Shown piece after piece: positions 41,561 to 54,800 of a stretch of 248,000 nt of DNA. The position numbers and the translations under genes were made by a program. The stretch is from positions 1,012,001-1,260,000 of the forward strand of contig JAMWBK010000004.1 of the NCBI GenBank assembly GCA_029953675.1. The letters are read 5' to 3'. This stretch comes from Rhodosorus marinus CCMP1338 (taxonomy: Eukaryota; Plantae; Rhodophyta). The notes below the pieces were generated by a model. The model was given only the letters and a program-made list of their open reading frames with translations. It was not told the origin of the DNA and ran no database searches. Position 1 is the first letter of the stretch. Each line of letters begins with the position of its first letter.

Positions 41561-43479
41561 GGACTCGAGGCAATGCAATCCGGTCGATCTAAGACACAGC
41601 TGGATACCGTCGACGAGGGCAACTTACCCAACACTGGGGGCGTTGGCCAACCGTGCAGTGTGTGTGTTAATCGGTACTCGCACGCTTCTTTAATGCTGCA
41701 GCCACAACCCTGTGGGCTCACTGCGTATTTGTCAAGGTAGTTGCGTAGTCCAAAGCCATCGATACTTTGGCAGTTCCAAAACACGCTACTACCAGTAAAA
41801 CCACCACCATAACTAGCTAGGATATTTTGGCTTTGGTGTAGAGTTCGAGCGATTGGCGGTTTTACTGGTGGTTTTATTTAGCATCGCCTAAAGCGCTACG
41901 CAAGGCGTGAAAAGGAACTAAGAACTAGGTAGGGAGGCGTGTAAACCCAGGTGGCGATGTCGCGCCTCGGCGGGGATGCTGCTAGAATATCGCCACAGAG
42001 AGACACTTAAACTGCGTAAGAGTTCCAAGTATTCGGTAGGATGCTCAGCGAAACATTTCCGCAACCACTCCAAACCCGACTTCTCCACGTGACCAAAGCC
42101 TTCCACAATGAAAGGCTGGAACCGGTGGGAGCGACCCTCTGCGCAATACAGACCGGCCATACTCTCAGCATACCGTCGCTCATTCTAACATCGTCTTATG
42201 CGCCTCGCAAGACGTAAAAGTTAAAGCGGACGATCTGAATTCATATTCCTTCATAGTAAAGACCGACATCTATCATTTTTGACGATGTATGTATCAACAG
42301 CTTCTCTAGAGGACCGGCTCAACAGGGTTGTTGAGGAAATGAATTGCCACCCTGGGCCGGGGAAAATAGGCGGACAATATTTCGCATTTGCCCACGCTCG
42401 GCAGAATGCAAGTCAATAGCGTAGGCTAGTATGAGGTGTCTCTTTAACCCCAAGACCCTAAACCCCTACCGCCCAAACCGCTTCCATGGATCAGTGGAAG
42501 TAGAAATAGTCGTAAATATTGGCTTTACCACCCAGAATGAAATTGTTACACAGAAACGTCTAACCTCCATTTTATGGTTGAAAACGTAGAAAACTCTTGA
42601 AAAAATTTTATTGACTGAATCAGAGATTTTATTCACCAATATAAATATATTTCAAGCAGATTTAATAGGCGCGCCCAACCGCCACCTGGACTTACAGGTC
42701 TTCCTTCTCCCTAGTCTTGCGAAGCGCAGCATGCTATGTTAGTAAAACCTGCAATAGTATATAAATTATATTATAATTGATATCACTTGAAACGGAAACG
42801 TCGCCTCTGACACAGATTCGCAACAAAACAACTCTCCCCTCAATACTGGCTTTACTACCCTCAATACTAGCTTTGGATTTGTAACAAACCCAGCTGATGG
42901 AATCGTCCAGACAAGACCAACCTTGTAAAGGTTTTTTCATGAAAACAGTTAATGTACCCATGCGTTGTGGAGGAGTGGAGGCTGACCAGCTGGAATGAAT
43001 GAACTTGACGCGGGCGCGCTTAAGAAAGCGAAAAAGGCAATTTTTGAGGGCTTTTGCGGCCTCTGTATGGATAAAAACGATTGGTTATACTCTCCAGCAG
43101 AATTGCTACCTCTGCCTTCTGGATCACCGCCATGGCTTCTTTGGAGGGTACTTGGACCAAAGGTTCTACTGTACGCAGAGTATCCCAAGGAGACTCTACG
43201 GTAATCCTGATCTCAAAATGAACTTCGATTTGTGGAGGGGGCAACCAGCGGCGTGGAAATTTACAACTCTCCATTGTCACCAATGGCTCCCACGGAACGG
43301 CGAGGTTGACAACCGGATTTACACTTCAGATATCTGAAACTAGTCCTCGACGTATCCAAGAGCTCCTTTGATAGCCTATATATCCAAGCTCGCCGTGGTC
43401 GAATGAATATGTTTCTTCACCGTAGTCGGTGTTTAGGAAGAGCTAAGTGGTGAGTCAAAACTTCTAGTTCGGAGCAGCC

Positions 43480-44013
43480 ATGAAGGGAATAGCAGTTATT
43501 TGTGTTATCGCGTGCACTATCGGCGTAGCTGTCTCGGTGCAGCTTGGGGGTCGCGCTGAACCGGAGATTGATCCGCCGATTCCTCCAGTTGGACGTCCTT
43601 CGGAGTACAAGGACCTCTCCATCACGGTGCTGGAGGTCAACGGTGAGGAGAGCTATCTGTGGTGGCGGGTAGACAGTGGGATCAACTGGTGGCCAGATCC
43701 GTATGTCGTCATCACGGCCTACCGGAAAGACGGACCCAAGAGAACGCGACGGACGTCAGTGAAGTCGGTCAAATCCCATCGCGTCGTCTTCAACCAGAAC
43801 CTGAGCTTCGGGAGAGGCATCTGGGAGTCGATCTACGTCGAAGTATGGGATTCAGACTCGTGGCCATCGAGTGATGATAACATACTCAAGTCATCGGTCA
43901 TTGGCGTCGATGAATTCATCACCGGAAGGTACAGAACCGATCCAGTTCGTTATCGCGGCTTTGAGAACAGAAATCAGGGCACGAAGGTGTACCTTACCGT
44001 ACGACTTCAGTGA
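43480..44013 (+). CDS. Secreted C2-domain protein
   Basis: Signal peptide; PDPYVVI..VFNQNLSFG..VEVWDSD..DD resembles perforin-type C2. Confidence 0.72.
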   Translation: MKGIAVICVIACTIGVAVSVQLGGRAEPEIDPPIPPVGRPSEYKDLSITVLEVNGEESYLWWRVDSGINWWPDPYVVITAYRKDGPKRTRRTSVKSVKSHRVVFNQNLSFGRGIWESIYVEVWDSDSWPSSDDNILKSSVIGVDEFITGRYRTDPVRYRGFENRNQGTKVYLTVRLQ

Positions 44014-44399
44014 AACCACCACCACTTCAGTAAGATAGCTCATCAATCGGCGAACTCGCCTAGAGGGGGCTCAGTTAGAGATTCAAATTTGTATCCATAG
44101 CACACTAAATGCTTCCGCTAACAAAGCTCACTCGCCGGCTTCCCGGACGAGGACGGAACCTAAGCGTATCGAGTGCGAATCGTAGGCCCGGTACCGTGTT
44201 TCCTGTGGTTCCGTTAGTTTCGGGAGTTCATACGTGACGTATCGTTCTAGATCATTAGAAAGCGCACTAAAGTTCAAATTTGATGTGACTTGACTAGTAC
44301 TTTTTTGAAAGTCTATGAAGACGCTGATTGATCAGGAGCTGCAGCTTATGTGCCAAAAGAATAACTTCAAGCGGGATCTGTGAGCAGCCAGCTGCCAAT

Positions 44400-45724
44400 T
44401 CTTCATCGATTGTTGCTTGGAATGTACTCAATGCGACTCCGTCCAAAACTACGACTCCCTCAATCGCCTTGGATCTTCAGCTGAGTCCATAGGAATAGGT
44501 GACGGTGAACAGGTCATGAATGAAGAGTTGTCAGGGACGTAAGTAGATGAATAGACGTCGTAGTCCACACAACGCCTCGCTTCTTCAGTAGTTGGCGACA
44601 GACTCTGAAACACAATTGGACTGGATCTAGCTACCTAGGAGCGCTACTCGACGCCAGCACGTCGACGAACCTCACCGAACAGCATGGCATTCGACTCCTG
44701 CTACACTCGACGGATCAACTTGGAGAACAATTAATCGAATCGAGCCTGCAATCAAAACGCAGATTGTCACGAGGAACACCGACCCCCATACTCCGCCTTA
44801 CGGAATGGCGAGCGTTGGAGAGTCAAGAACAAGAAGGGTACCCGCACACACCACCCGACAGGCCCTTGGTCGGTTCAACTCAAAAACTCCTCTCCAACTG
44901 GAATCACGGACGGGCATTCGAGGAATTGGTGGGGAACGCGGAGATCAGCCAGACGATACGTGCGCGGACACGCTCCTGCAAGGGATCTGGAGGAGGTACC
45001 TGGCTGCGAGACTTGCGAACGAAACACGGACGGGGTCTGAGTAGCGTGCGTGGAACTGAACCTGAGCCTGCGACAATTGTTGGGATTGCCGCTGCCGGAT
45101 GTACGAACACTTAGTACGTGTACGATCTGTTCACAACCACACCACGCTGCAGGCATTCAACGCCTCCGCCACTGCACCAGCTCTACCGGGAGCTGGGCAC
45201 TTCGGCAAAACATGGTCAGGGATGCACTGGCGACAGTAATGAGACAATGGCGACTCGAAGTGACAGTAGAACCGACTGGACACTACCAAAGCAGTCGGCT
45301 TCGGCCTGACATCCAAGCTCGACATCCACGAACAGAACAGGCAAGCTCTACATGATCGATGTGAAGGTGACCTCGCCGTTGCAAAGAACACACCTACACA
45401 AAGCGTCTTGGGAGACCGGATATGCGGCACTCAAAGCGGAAAAGTTTAAAGAGTCCAAATGCCGTGACAGTATCGGAGAACACAACGACCACATCTTCAT
45501 CCCCTTCTGTCTAGAAACATTTGGGTGTGGGAAAACAAGCGAGTGAATTCCTGCAGGAAACGACTGTACACCTGGATCAGCGGGCAACGCGAGTAAGTGA
45601 GGCTCGGGCGATCTTAAACCGCACCCTGTGGAAAGGCAACGCTATCCTTGCCACCCAGGCTCGTTTCGACGAAGTAGACTATGACATCGTCCCAATCTTA
45701 GAACGTACCCACACAACCCAATAG
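44400..45724 (+). mobile_element. Degenerate CRE family C copy
   Basis: CTIC..HCTSSTGSWALRQN..RPDIQARHPR; DVKVTSPLQ; FIPFCLETFG. Confidence 0.8.
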
Positions 45725-47355
45725 GAGTTTCGTTGCTGACCAATAGCGTCCTTATTCCCTCTTAATGGGCTCCAATAGGGAGCTCTTCAGTAAAGTGTAC
45801 AAGGTTACAGATAGTGATAGACTATTAAAAAACAGTATAAAAGAACTGGGTATCTGAGCGAAAATCTTCCCACAAAAACAGGCGCGATTCCTCGATAAGG
45901 GGGTCCAATAAATGGTCCGACATTCAATCAACGTTAGTATTATTAGACAGGAGATGATTGATTCTTTTTTCAATTATTATTAATCATCTCCAGCCCAGGT
46001 ATTGAATCATGATTACTTCTGAGGTAGCAAGCTCTCACTCGCATATCCGTTGGAAATCTGTCTCCGGCATTGAATAGCGATCATTTCAGGGTGTGACAGA
46101 CTGTCCCTATCAATTTAATGGTTTTTCTATATACTGGATGACCACAGCGCCGTCGTTTTAGCGCATCTGGGTTTGGTATAATAGCCAAAGCCCGAGTAGT
46201 GATAGAGGGGATAGTGGAAGAGAGAAAAGAAGAGAGATGGGATAGTGGAAGAGAGAAAAGAAGAGAGATGCGCAGCCGCAAAAGTTGAAATTCTTGAGAC
46301 AGGTGAGTTCTTACAGTGGATTGTGTCTATTGCGTATTGGTGTGAGCTTCATCATCGAATCGCGTAGAACGCTTTAGCCGGAAGGGGTTGCACGAAAGCG
46401 AATTGTTCGCGTCGCTTTCTCGGGCGATTTTGGAAACCGAATTTTCATCAGATATTTACAACAATATCATTATAAAATGGAGGCATCTCATAGTTAGTAT
46501 TTTATGCAGAGTTTGTTTTGTCCGACACTTTTATTGAGTTTGTCTTCTACAACATTTTTATTGATTTATAGGAAGTTAGGACCCACGTGTGTGCGGAGAA
46601 AATTTGATCCTCCAAAAAAGAACACACTTCTAAACAGTTTCTCATTTTTTTCGATGAATGATGAGAAGCGGCGAAAGCTTTAGCTTCGTTCTCTTCGAAT
46701 TTTGAAGCTTCAGCTTTAGCTCATCATCGAGTGCACTTGGCAGTTTATGGATCCTTTGGTTCCCGTTGACTAAGTGTCTCAGGGCCTTGTTTGTCCGATT
46801 GACGTTTCTTCTTGTGGTGCCCGTATGAACGCTCATTGATGTTGGAAAGAGGTGCAAATATGCGGTTTAGCTCATCGTCGAGTACTTGGCAATTGAGTGA
46901 TGTGAGTTTATGGATTCCTTTGGTTCCCGTTGACTAACTGTACTCGGGGCTTTATAACCCCATGAACTGACCCTCAAGAATACATATATAGGACGGAAAG
47001 ACCTCGAATCCAGAAGGAGAGCAGCGTTGCTTCGCGACGAATTGTCTTCGATTGAACAAATTCATTCTGTAGTTGCGTGGAGGATTGTTCTTGTTAGTTT
47101 CTGCAAAGAGCAGAAAAATACATTTGAGAGCGGAGGGTCCTGAGTTGTAGCACTGAATGAATGTACCACTAGAGCACGAACGTCGCCAGCACCACTGCTA
47201 AACTACTGTTCTCAAATAGGAAAATTTCGGAGCCGAGCAACCTTTCAATGTCAAGTGCACGGTTTTACGTTATACATGATATATGTTTGCAACTGCGGAA
47301 TTATGTAGACTGTACTCTGAGAAGGTTTCTACATCATGGTGAACAAAGGTTGATC

Positions 47356-49290
47356 TCACACCTTGCGAGCCACGAATATCTCACAAGCTTTGCTGCCCTT
47401 CCGTCCTGAAGCGACAACCCAACCGTCGGGATCTACAACCAGGCAGGCCATGTTCAACGCTGGAGCAGCGGGCACGAGGCTTATGTAGCCCTTATTCCCA
47501 ATCTCCATGAAGAATTCTGCCTTGTCAGAAGGCGGTCTATCTATATCCCTCGTGGCTGTCACCCTGCCAGTCCCAACATCAACTTCTAGCTTCTTTCCGG
47601 TAAGCCTTGACTGAAGTTCCACCTTTCCATTCCTCGAGTGCATAACTGTGAAGAGGAAGGATTTAATCTTTGATGGCAAAAGAACCTTCACCGCCCGTAT
47701 CTGGGATTCTCCAGTCGTCTCCACTAGACGATTTTGAGCGCTCATTCGCAAGATGACTTTGCTTCCAGACAACGGAACTGGTCCAGAGCTAAGGGAAACT
47801 TTCATCTTCCTATCATTTGCACGTGATGTGGACGCAATTATTCTTCCCCTTTCGGATCCCTCTTCCGGTCTTAGGTAACCAAAGCCCTGTCTCGCCGATT
47901 GGACTGCTTCTTCTCCAGCGCCAACATTCCTCAGTCTAAATTTGAGCCTGGTATTCCAAGAGTTGGGGTTATACCATGTAGAAGCTTTAAGAACAACTTC
48001 AGCGCCCTCCTTGATAAGAGTCGCCACTCTTCCATTCACAGTTGACCTCAGCGAGAAAAGGGAGCCCGGCGAGGGTTCTCCAATCATCATCCACTGCGAG
48101 GCAAAGCGTGCCACCTCTGACTCGGCGTACACCTGATCGCTTGCATTGTCCTTTGACAGGAACAGACCGGCTCCGCTTGACTTGAGCGCCACGATGGAGC
48201 CGGAAGGTGTGTATGTATCGGACGGTGTGATATCCGGTACGATCTCTTGAAATCCATCTAGCGTCCTGAAAATATATCCGTAGGGAGTTCTTTCCATCGG
48301 TCCACGGTATAATTGGCTACCCATTTCCCACTTAACGTTTCCATCCGCATCCAGTTTTATAATGTTTGAACCGCCTAGCACCACCCCTCCATCCTCATCC
48401 GCGAGCATCGAGTACAGGACAGTGCTCGGGATCTCCGTAATTGTCTTCTTCCACAGGATTTGCCCACCTTTGCCTAGCTTGTGGACGCGATAGTTTTGAG
48501 GTGCGGAGGTGTCATGGTCTAGGTTCGTCGTACAACCAACAAAGTAGCTTCCATCGGCTCCGTATACTGGTGCCGCGTTCCTTTCCTGGCTACAAAAACT
48601 CCCGGTGGTGCTCAGTTTCTTTCTCCATAATAGCGTCCCGGATTTCGATATTTTGTGGACGAAGAGATCTCCACCGCTGTTCATAGAAGATATGATATTA
48701 AGGTTCTCCACCTCGACAATACCACCTCCCCGTTCTCTATAGTACTGTCCTGGTGAGAAAAATTTTCTCCAGAGACGGTTCCCGTCTGCATCCAACTTGA
48801 GAATCTCTGCTTCGGCAACAACAATTGACCCGTCTCTGAGCTCAATCACCCCGGTGGGAAAGTCATCCTCTATGAAGTCAAAAGGGTGGTCCCAACTCAA
48901 GTCACGGTTCGAGTCGAATCTCTGCACACCTGCATCCTCCCCAGAATACGACCTTGTACCGGCTATGACTATGTCACCGTTCCTCGTGCGAGCAGCAACT
49001 TGGCATTGAGAATCGTGCGGAACCAAAAGTTTTCTCTCAGATACCACATACGACCCTCTGGTAATCTCAAAGTATTCGCAACCTATTCCGTTGTAACCAT
49101 TTTTACCAACAACCCCAAAGCTATCGCCTTCCAAAGGAAATACGTAAGACAAGAACGTCGGCGTCTGAGGATCATTTCTCGCGTTGTCATAGCTAAAAGT
49201 GATCGTGGAGGATATCTTCTCCGCTGTACTAAAAGTGGAGAATACAGCCCCCAAAGCAAGGACACAGAATAGAGTACTCAGTCGAATCAT
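47356..49290 (-). CDS. Secreted beta-propeller plus fascin/beta-trefoil-like protein
   Basis: Signal peptide; repeated KLDADG..W blades; C-terminal repeats VALKS..FL / FSLRS.. / VELQSR. Confidence 0.75.
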   Translation of the reverse strand: MIRLSTLFCVLALGAVFSTFSTAEKISSTITFSYDNARNDPQTPTFLSYVFPLEGDSFGVVGKNGYNGIGCEYFEITRGSYVVSERKLLVPHDSQCQVAARTRNGDIVIAGTRSYSGEDAGVQRFDSNRDLSWDHPFDFIEDDFPTGVIELRDGSIVVAEAEILKLDADGNRLWRKFFSPGQYYRERGGGIVEVENLNIISSMNSGGDLFVHKISKSGTLLWRKKLSTTGSFCSQERNAAPVYGADGSYFVGCTTNLDHDTSAPQNYRVHKLGKGGQILWKKTITEIPSTVLYSMLADEDGGVVLGGSNIIKLDADGNVKWEMGSQLYRGPMERTPYGYIFRTLDGFQEIVPDITPSDTYTPSGSIVALKSSGAGLFLSKDNASDQVYAESEVARFASQWMMIGEPSPGSLFSLRSTVNGRVATLIKEGAEVVLKASTWYNPNSWNTRLKFRLRNVGAGEEAVQSARQGFGYLRPEEGSERGRIIASTSRANDRKMKVSLSSGPVPLSGSKVILRMSAQNRLVETTGESQIRAVKVLLPSKIKSFLFTVMHSRNGKVELQSRLTGKKLEVDVGTGRVTATRDIDRPPSDKAEFFMEIGNKGYISLVPAAPALNMACLVVDPDGWVVASGRKGSKACEIFVARKV

Positions 49291-49367
49291 GTTTCAATTT
49301 TTTTTTCCAACCCGAGGTTCCTTCGGCCGTCAGGAAGTATGAGAGCTCATCTCACCAAACTCTCATC

Positions 49368-49412
49368 CACTCCAATTCACTCCAATCCACTCCAATCCAC
49401 TCCAATCCAGTC
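49368..49412 (+). repeat. (CCACTCCAAT)n 10-mer microsatellite
   Basis: Seen directly. Confidence 0.85.
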
Positions 49413-50496
49413 AATCTTGGGGAGATATGCGCTTCACCGGGAGTTTTCTCATCTACCTCTAAGGACTCGGTCAACATCTCTCTGACTGCGCGCACTGAAC
49501 AGCAGCATATTAATACCCTTCCGCCGTATGCGCAGAACGTGGAGGCTAACCCAATGTCGCTGAAGTGAAAAGACAAACCAAATCGGAGATTTTCATCCTT
49601 CTCATCCCTTCTTGGCCTTCCTCTTCTCAGCGGTCAAACATATCTGCTTGCGATATGACCATTCATAATTTTGAACACTCTGATCTGCAAGCATTCTAAA
49701 TGGTCTCAGATCATGATATGAATATCAGTGGACAGGTTACTGGTCCACCCGGAGGGTAAAAACTTGCTTGAGAACAAAGTACACTTCAAATTTAAGTTCA
49801 TATATATACATAACCCAAGATGCTGTTGCGTTACGGGCTAACTTAGATAATCCTGCAGGCAATAGGCAAAACAGATGGACTAATTTAGAACGTCATCAGC
49901 GTCTAGATCTGCGTGCAGAAGCATATTTTGTACGTGTCGTCACGTCCCTATCTAAAATATTTTATAATCAACAATAAATTGGGTAGCAAGGAATTTTCTG
50001 TTGCGAGTTTCTAGTCTCCAAGAAAGAAAAATCGTCTTATTTATAGAGTTCCATAACTTTGGATGCACTTCTAATAATGTTTAACGCTTTTTATACGTTT
50101 TTCATGCTATTTATTTTGCTTTTGGCCGCCCTAAAAATATTATTTTTACTTTGTTTTACAGTTTTTTATGCTCTATGCTCTATTATATGTCTTACCTTGT
50201 GAAAATGGATTCTCAGTTGTAAGCTATTCTCGTTGACTGGCTTCAGGCAGCCTGGTAGGCTGCTAGTCCAGATATACTGAAAAGCGGTCAAAACTGCATA
50301 AAAAGCCTAAAAAAACCAACACGTAGACCAGGCACATCTTGAGCTCGCGGTGCGAAATGATTGTGTTGCGTATGTAGGTTTTGGTTCGGGATGTTGCTCG
50401 TTTGGTACTGTATAGGGGGTTTCACATTTGTTTATTTTTATAGATTTGCTATTCATTTTTGATTGCCTCACTTCATTCGTACCCTGACCCCACGCC

Positions 50497-50962
50497 TCAA
50501 AATGATGAACGCCGTGTAGCCGACCTGGTGATCACCTGTGACGACAGCCGCCGTACCACATACGTTGATCTTGCTGTTCCTAACCCTCAAGCTAGTCGTT
50601 ATCTCCCGGCTGCGGGGGAGCGCCGTGGATCTGCCGCCGCCAGCATGAGACGCCGCAAAGAGATCAAATACGCGGGGGCTTTGTCTTCCCCTGGTGTTCG
50701 TGCTTCGGCACTAGCACATCGCTTGGTACCCCTGATCATTGAGTGCTTTGGGTTCATGGACTCTGTTGGTTCTCGCTGGCTTCGGGAGTTGTTCCGCGAA
50801 CGCCCTGACCGTCTTCAATCGTTGTTTACCCGCTTAAGTTTCCTGCTGTGGCGCATGAATGCCGCTTTGATGTTGGAGGCGCGAGTACTTCGCCGCGCTT
50901 AGTCTTTTTTTCCCCTGGGTTTTTTTTTTTTTTTTCAGCCTCCGATTAAACCATTCGTTCGT
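50497..50962 (+). mobile_element. Young CRE family A 3' fragment
   Basis: Identical RLE C-terminus and 3' UTR. Confidence 0.93.
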
Positions 50963-51049
50963 CGACCCCTCAATGAGTACTCTAGCGTTCGTAGTCCCCG
51001 ACTGCGATGGGCCGTCCTCATTCACTACAGTAGAGACTCTATGACGGCA

Positions 51050-51362
51050 ATAGTAGGGGTGTTGTGCCAAATTGGGTAGGGTTTTTGCGGGGGGGCGGGA
51101 TTTTGCCGAGGGGATCGGGATTTTCGCTGTTTACCCCTCTAAAACCCACTGTTTTCACAGGTTTAACCACTTCTTGGTCATAAACATCGAAAAAACCGAC
51201 CCACTTCGCACAACCCTAGTAATAGTAGGGTCTGCCAAGGCTGTCGGTTTTGCCTGTTAACTCTCTAGAACCCTCTGTTTTCGCGGGTTTAACCACTTCT
51301 GGGTCGTAAAGCGCGAAAAACCCAACCCACTTGGCACAACCCTAGTACTAGTAGGGTTGTGC
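51050..51362. mobile_element. MITE-like elements with TAGGGTTGTGCCAAGTGGG terminal inverted repeats (hAT-like)
   Basis: Inverted termini; related ends at 3.19k, 18.8k, 77.78k and 114.2k. Confidence 0.6.
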
Positions 51363-51849
51363 AGGAAACGAATTACCCACCAGTGCCGGATGTGATGGTG
51401 ACATCGCCACTTCAAAGGCATCAGTTGAGACATACGAGCTGGAGCTGGGGGTATGCTGCGAAACAAGCAGAACAAGCGAAGGCGTTGCATTATAAGGAAG
51501 TGTTGAGCGGGCAAAACCGAGATGTGGTTCTTGTGCCGTTCATTTTTGAGACTTTTTGTCGAATAGGCCATGCAAGCCTTGAATTTCTTCGAACGGCGAG
51601 CGCGCACCTGCATGATCGTGACTCCCATCTATCGTCGGTGAGGGGTTAATTAAACCGCATTTTGTGGCAGCACAATGCTGCGCTAGTTGAGCACGCGATC
51701 GAGAAAGATCGCGCAGATAGACCCATATTTCCCCTAAGTAGAATTTAGATGAGACTGTTGGACAGGGAGTCCAGGTTTGGTTAGTGCGTACGTAGTGATC
51801 GTGTGATGCGCTACATTAGGTAGCTGCCCAATAAAGGCTACGGGGAATA

Positions 51850-54800
51850 CGAACGAATGGTTTAATCGGAGGCTGAAAAAAAAACCCCAAGGGGAAAAAA
51901 AGACTAAGCGCGGCGAAGTACTCGCGCCTCCAACATCAAAGCGGCATTCATGCTCCACAGCAGGAAACTTAAGCGGGTAAACAACGATTGAAGACGGTCA
52001 GGGCGTTCGCGGAACAACTCCCGAAGCCAGCGAGAACCAACAGAGTCCATGAACCCAAAGCACTCAATGATCAGGGGTACCAAGCGATGTGCTAGTGCCG
52101 AAGCACGAACACCAGAGGAAGACAAAGCCCCCGCGTATTTGATCTCTTGGAATACGAACGAATGGTTTAATCGGAGGCTGAAAAAAAAAAGCCCGAGGGG
52201 AAAAAAAGACTAAGCGCGGCGAAGTACTCGCGCCTCCAACATCAAAGCGGCATTCATGCGCCACAGCAGGAAACTTAAGCGGGTAAACAACGATTGAAGA
52301 CGGTCAGGGCGTTCGCGGAACAACTCCCGAAGCCAGCGAGAACCAACAGAGTCCATGAACCCAAAGCACTCAATGATCAGGGGTACCAAGCGATGTGCTA
52401 GTGCCGAAGCACGAACACCAGGGGAAGACAAAGCCCCCGCGTATTTGATCTCTTTGCGGCGTCTCATGCTGGCGGCGGCAGATCCACGGCGCTCCCCCGC
52501 AGCCGGGAGATAACGACTAGCTTGAGGGTTAGGAACAGCAAGATCAACGTATGTGGTACGGCGGCTGTCGTCACAGGTGATCACCAGGTCGGCTACACGG
52601 CGTTCATCATTTTGAAAGTCCGCGACGGGTAAAGGTTTCTCACGTTCGATTTCCAGACCGGCTTGCCGGACTATAGGCCGAAGTTCCCGGTATAACAGGT
52701 TCAAGATCCGTGTGTGGCGGCGGGTTCGAGCACCTTTCACCGCCGGGCAACTAGCGAGCAGGTGGGCGCCAAAATCTGCGTTGTCTTCAGTCTGAGAGCA
52801 GAGAGGGCACGACGAACCCATCTCGTACGGCCAAGGGGGCTGATGTAAGCCGAGGTATAAGCGCAGTGAAGTACGCACTTCGAAATCCGACAGTGTGAGT
52901 GGCGGAAAGGCTGGTACGGTCATGAGCCACTGAGAGCTAAGAACCCCTCCAAGACTACGTAGGCGGGCGCGAGCGCGAGAAGATGAGACCATCTGCGCGA
53001 GGAGTCGGCCATATGCAGCACGGTGCAAGTCCCAAGAAAGGATATTTTGCAGCGCATCCGTGCGTGCTTGAGCTCGGCTCCCAGCGCGCTGGGAATCATC
53101 AGGAGGATCAACTGGAACTTCTTCTTCTGCGGCAACCACTGGGTCAATCTCCCCTAGAACAGGTTCAGGCGCAGGACGAATCCCCGGAGCGGAGCCTCGA
53201 CAGCGGTCAAATACAGCTCGCCAGTCAGGAAGACGGGGTTGAACGGTTTCGGGGAGACTAGTACAGGAATTCAGGGCGGTTTGGAGCTCCAGAAACAAGT
53301 CTTGGGCGCTTTCCGGTACGCTGGGAAGCAAGACACCCCGCGAGAGGCTCGCCATCAAATTGCGGAACTTCGAGATACCCAAGCTTCTCAAAGTGGGAAG
53401 TGCGGTTCCCCAGGCCCCTACTGCGGCTGCAGGTTGGACCACAACACGATTGCAGAGGCCCAGTCCCCCCCAATCGCAATGGGAGGCCTACCTGGGCGCG
53501 CACAACATCACAGGTGGGTCGCGGCAGAGCGCTCAGCTCTTCATCGAGAAAATACCCCAGGTCACGGAAACTTTCAGCATCCGCACGAGTGGCCAACCAC
53601 CGGCCCCAATGAGTTGGAAGTGAGCGAAGCCAATAGGTTAACCGCTGACTGCAACAATACCGAAACAGCAACAACGAGCACTGGAGAAAGCCCGGAGGTA
53701 GCCGTCGAAGCTCTGCAACCAGCTGTCTGTGCTTACCGAGGAGCTGCAGCAACTCGCCTTCAACGAAGAACGGCGACCCGTAGGGGATGCCTAATTGGAC
53801 AAAACCATCCGGTCTCCAAATATCCTGGAACGACGCAGGTACCTGCTGCTCTTGTGCAGCTACACCTCCCCAGTAGAACGATTTGTGATGATTAACCTCC
53901 AGGTCAACCCGCGAAGCCAAGGAGCGGACACGATCATAAGCGAGTGCTAGAGTATCAGGGGGCCCCAGGAGGCACACGTCGTCGTGGTATGCAACCGTAC
54001 GAACCTGCGGGAATTCGGAGCGAAGACAAAGCAAGACGAGTTGTAGTCCACAGGCATGTAGGAAAGGGGACAAGGGATCACCCTGTTGTACCCCTGTGCG
54101 CGCCGCAAACGTGTGTGAGGAAGCGCCAAGGGTGTCATAGGTAGCCCCACGACCAAGCGGAGAATAAAGTCTACTAACAAAGGGAAAGCCTACAGGGAAG
54201 ACTTCGCGCACCACGCGCATGAGAGCCGGACGAGAGACGCGGTTGAACGCATTGGTAAAATCTACAGAGAGGAGCCCAGAATCTGGGGAGTACGCCATTT
54301 CAGAACGGAGTAAAACAGACAACAACTCACAGCCACCACGATAGCCCACGCCTAACTGCACGTGCCCAAAGAAACGGCGGGATTCGGGAACCAGGATTTT
54401 GACTAACCATCGCGCCGCCAATTTGCGGACCACCTCAACCAGGCCAATAGGGCGAATAGCAGGGCTCGAGGCCGTGTGGCCGGGCTTCGAAAGCAGACAC
54501 AACTGAGAACGCCCGACCAAGAACCACGCACACTCACGCAGGGGATCACCATTCACAAGGAATAAAGGTAGGCATTTCGAAACAGAGCCTTTTGAATTGG
54601 TTGGCACTTCAATGATTGGCTAATACTCGCTTACGGCAATGCATTGGATAAACGGAAAAACGATTAAGTTATATACATTAGTATTTTAGAGGCTATGCTA
54701 TTTTTATTCTCTAATTAGATTAATAACTACCAATGATACGTATTGGAGATTTTTAAGGGATTATGAATGGTGAAAATGAAGCGGATGCCTCCCGTATTGG

